Notes under the pieces: generated by a model
Databases searched by the model: none
The model's input: the letters and a program-made list of their open reading frames with translations, nothing else
What the model was told of the DNA's origin: nothing
Program-made: the position numbers and the translations under genes
Assembly: GCA_043804895.1 (NCBI GenBank)
Contig: JAZDIN010000058.1
Span: forward strand, 1-10,688
Direction: 5' to 3'
DNA length: 10,688 bases
Source of the DNA: Candidatus Altiarchaeota archaeon
GTDB taxonomy: Archaea > Altiarchaeota > Altiarchaeia > IMC4 > SCGC-AAA252-I15
Part shown: positions 8,356-10,688 of the stretch, piece after piece
How positions within the stretch are numbered: the first letter of the stretch is position 1
Layout of the letters: each line of letters begins with the position of its first letter

Positions 8356-8876
8356 CCCACCGCCTCCTTCTTCATCTCACTGTAGTTTCTCGTCTCCGCC
8401 ACACGCCTCTGCACATCCTGTGTGAGTTCGTTATCATCGTTGTTGGCTCCGACGAGGATTATGGAATTAACCGAGTCGCTGTTCAACAGGTTAATCAAAT
8501 CCTGCATGAACTTCTCCACATCCTCATAACCCATCAGACTGTCCAGGCTGTCCATTATGAAATACTTCGGGTGCAGCTGCGAAATCATGTCGTTAATCTC
8601 TATCCCAATCTGGGTGAGCGAGCTCCCCTCCCCGAGGTACCTGAGATTGGGCATGTCAGGCTTCTGAGGTGAAACAACATCAATCAAATGAAGCGACTTC
8701 CTCTCAAATACCCCGTCCCTGACTGAGACATCCAGCCTGGAGAGTATGTACTCCGGCCTTGAGTTGAGGCACAAGAGGAGGCTCGTATCCCAGCTCTCTA
8801 GGAGGCTCTCCAGCACATCCTTCACGTCAGACTGATACGTCCTAGGATCAACCAACATAAGGATTACCTTACTCAT
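8331..8876 (-). CDS. Probable inactivated KaiC/RecA-fold protein (DUF835-like; no Walker A)
   Basis: Retains LHLID, SLTQIGIEI and a Walker-B-like FIMDSLDSL but has no GxxGxGKT. ATG 8876 has GGAGGG upstream and overlaps the upstream stop (ATGAGTAA). Confidence 0.7.
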   Translation of the reverse strand: MSKVILMLVDPRTYQSDVKDVLESLLESWDTSLLLCLNSRPEYILSRLDVSVRDGVFERKSLHLIDVVSPQKPDMPNLRYLGEGSSLTQIGIEINDMISQLHPKYFIMDSLDSLMGYEDVEKFMQDLINLLNSDSVNSIILVGANNDDNELTQDVQRRVAETRNYSEMKKEAVGWTGYQQA

Positions 8877-9630
8877 ACCCCCCTCCAAAACCACCCTCCC
8901 CCATCATCGGTTCCAGGACTATGCCATTCGAACTCGTAATCAACAGCGTGAAGTTGTCTCTGCTATGGTTAACCCCGCGCATCTTGATGACCCTCAAGGC
9001 GCGTTTAAGCTGGTTCTTGCCTGAAGGCACATCAGTCAAAAGCAAGATGCCGTCTGCTATAAACTCCTCCATGCCATACTTGCTGTAAATCATCTTCTGC
9101 GGCGGAACCTCAGATAGAAGAAGTATCGTGCAAGCACTCGCACTCTTTAGAGCCTCCTGCAGTTGGAATATCAGGCTCCTCAGAGGTATGTTCTTCTTGT
9201 CCTCTAAAACATCACACAGGCTTGTGATGCTGTCGATGACGATTCTCTTAGGCTTATGCCTCTGAACTATCTCAGTGAAACGATTTATCACGCCACTAAG
9301 GGTGTTAGTCTCCAACTCACTAAGGTCTGTGAATGTCATCGAATCAATAATCGTTACCGAACCCCTATCAACAGCATCCTTATTATAGAACGAGAAAGAG
9401 CTCACATTATTCAATACCTTATCACGGCCCTCAGTCAACGTAATGTACATCCCCCCCTCCCCCTCCAAAGCGCCCGTGAAAAGGAACTGCATCGAAAAAA
9501 TAGTCTTACCCGTCCCAGGAGCTCCGGAAACCAACACCGTATGACCTAGGGGGATGCCCCCCTCAAGAATCTCATCCAGCCTATGCACGCCAGTCTTAAC
9601 CTTCCTACCAACAGATTTCATAACCACCAC
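8869..9630 (-). CDS. Single-domain KaiC/RAD55-like ATPase (KaiC CI-like motifs)
   Basis: KTGV..LD.ILEGGIP, Walker A GAPGTGKT, Walker B IVIDS, YGMEEFIADGILLL, and R.L.VIKMRG..H. The start is GTG 9630 or ATG 9621. Confidence 0.93.
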   Translation of the reverse strand: MVVMKSVGRKVKTGVHRLDEILEGGIPLGHTVLVSGAPGTGKTIFSMQFLFTGALEGEGGMYITLTEGRDKVLNNVSSFSFYNKDAVDRGSVTIIDSMTFTDLSELETNTLSGVINRFTEIVQRHKPKRIVIDSITSLCDVLEDKKNIPLRSLIFQLQEALKSASACTILLLSEVPPQKMIYSKYGMEEFIADGILLLTDVPSGKNQLKRALRVIKMRGVNHSRDNFTLLITSSNGIVLEPMMGEGGFGGGYE

Positions 9631-9698
9631 CCAATATACTAAGTCACAAAAGCCCCGGAAATCCTAAGTGATACATTAAACGATTAACATATAGACTT

Positions 9699-9719
9699 AA
9701 AAGAACAAGCCAAGAAACA
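9699..9719 (-). terminator. Possible U-rich terminator after the duplicated RNase P RNA 3' end
   Basis: The minus strand reads TGTTTCTTGGCTTGTTCTTTT immediately after the second repeat copy. Confidence 0.4.
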
Positions 9720-9720
9720 G

Positions 9721-9837
9721 GGTGCGGTGGCTGCTGTAGTCCTTGAGCCTTACTAAGGCTCGCGAAGGAGGGACTTCCGCTAGCGCTTCAGTCCCTCTGA
9801 ACGAGGCAATAATCAGGTGCGGTGGCTGCTGTAGTCC
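9721..9837. repeat. 22-bp exact direct repeat of the RNase P RNA 3' end (95-bp period)
   Basis: GGTGCGGTGGCTGCTGTAGTCC at 9721-9742 and 9816-9837. Confidence 0.95.
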
Positions 9838-10113
9838 GCCTTAGGTGGGTTTTCCGCATGCGATGCATGCACACTACCCTATGGACATTCTTCTTAGCGC
9901 CGGTTTTACGGCTTGCACCAGATGCGAGGACGACACCCGTTTCACACAATCCGCCAGCAACTCAGGCGAAGCCATCACCGTTAACGCCGACAGACCTCTC
10001 GTCTCTATATTGCCGTCCGGGCGCTCACACACCCAGTCGCACAATCTCTGGTGGGCGGAACTTCCTCAGAGCCTTTACTAAAGGCTCCGTGAGTCCAATC
10101 CACAGCCACCGCA
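9818..10113 (-). ncRNA. rnpB: Archaeal RNase P RNA, type-M-like (about 296 nt)
   Basis: Minus strand folded by eye: P1 UGCGGUGGCUG/CAGCCACCGCA; P2 UGGAC/GUCCA; P3 GAGCCUUU/AAAGGCUC; CR-I GAGGAAGUUCCGCC pairing with GGCGGAC (P4 with bulged U); P5 CACC/GGUG; GUGA-capped P9; GUGAAACGG; GGUGCAAG; short P15 GCCG/CGGC; CR-V ACCUAAGGCGGACUA. Confidence 0.93.
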
Positions 10114-10269
10114 GAAGAAGAAAGGGAAAGATAAGAATAAAAGAGCAGCACTAAGGGTAATTTGTATGAAAGATAAAAGAACTTTGAATTTTCTTAGAAA
10201 AAGTAAATTAAGGTGGTGTAGGGAGTCGAATGGAATTTAGGTTGAACGTATGGCTTGTCGCCAAAAAGA

Positions 10270-10688
10270 TGCCGAACGTATATGGCGTTTAGTATTGGTG
10301 GACTGAACACCTCGCCGAAGCTTGGTGCGTACATCCCCAACCTATCAAACCACTCTTTTAGTGGCACCTATGCTGCCTATTTTTGGGGGCGGTTTCGGGC
10401 TTAGATGCTTTCAGCCCTTATCCGCTGCGGCGTAGCTACCCGGCAGTGCCTTGTCAGACAACCGGTAGACCAGAGGCCACGAGCCCTTGTTCCTCTCGTA
10501 CTAAAGGATCCTTCCCCTCAGGCAACAGACAACTCCAGCAGATGCCGCCAAACTGTCTCGCGACGTTCTAAACCCAACTCACGTACCACTTTAATGGGCG
10601 AACAACCCCACCCTTGGCTGCTTCTGCACAGCCAGGATGCAGTGAGTCGACAGCGAAGTAGCAAGCAACGGGGTCGATGTGTACTCTT
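10270..10688 (-). rRNA. rrl: 23S rRNA, 3' portion (end of domain V and domain VI); partial, 3' end approximate
   Basis: Sarcin-ricin loop AGUACGAGAGGAAC (10502-10489), A-loop UGUUCGCC, UGGGUUUAGAACGUCGCGAGACAG, and GCUGAAAGCAUCUAAG; archaeal-type GCUUGCUAC. Confidence 0.98.

Noticed and set aside
741-9549. Numerous short overlapping ORFs (e.g. 741-1265, 6103-6732, 5411-5674, 8340-8672, 9256-9549)
   Set aside because: Shadow or antisense frames of well-supported genes, with no motifs of their own.
7564-9630. Bona fide circadian kaiC, or radA/radB
   Set aside because: These are single-domain proteins with no kaiA/kaiB adjacent and no ST phosphosite pair. They lack the RadA N-terminal domain, and the motifs fit the KaiC/RAD55-like group.
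9721-9837. 22-bp direct repeats as a mini CRISPR array
   Set aside because: There are only two copies, the 73-nt spacer is too long and structured, one copy is the rnpB 3' end, and no cas genes are in the window.
9831-9847. ACCUAA instead of ACAGAA in RNase P CR-V as a sign of a pseudogene
   Set aside because: It still fits the ACNNRA-N4-G-NN-UA consensus, and P4 pairing is intact.
9822-10154. ORFs 9822-10154 and 9845-10081 (+)
   Set aside because: They are antisense to the RNase P RNA and have no recognisable protein features.
10114-10269. 5S rRNA or tRNA in the spacer
   Set aside because: AT-rich, low-complexity sequence with no 5S motifs, terminal helix or cloverleaf.
10383-10571. 62-aa ORF (+)
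   Set aside because: Antisense to 23S rRNA.

Overview
Archaeal chromosomal window. The gene content and Thr/Cys-rich secreted protein suggest a euryarchaeal/DPANN-type lineage such as Altiarchaeota, but this is inference only. From left to right: the 5' part of a tyw1/taw1 radical-SAM gene (-); a CdpB-like PRC-barrel gene; a hairpin-rich spacer; a DUF373 membrane protein with an apparent C-terminal PRC barrel; a PPC/DUF296 gene; an A24 prepilin peptidase (-); and a Thr-rich secreted protein. A long minus-strand run follows: metallophosphoesterase, Hsp20, HTH regulator, aspartate kinase, and a three-gene KaiC/RAD55-like cassette. The right end holds two RNA genes invisible to the ORF track: a type-M-like RNase P RNA (about 9818-10113, -) and, about 155 nt upstream of it on the same strand, the 3' end of 23S rRNA, with no 5S gene between them. 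The most notable points are: (i) a 22-bp exact duplication of the RNase P RNA 3' end flanking a structured 73-nt insert that contains a near-copy of the RNA's own P3 hairpin; (ii) peptidyl-transferase-centre variants in 23S rRNA (A2503C, C2499U, an apparent 1-nt deletion near 2609-2613, E. coli numbering); (iii) an overlapping 'split-KaiC'-like trio; and (iv) the PRC barrel plus DUF373-PRC fusion pair.
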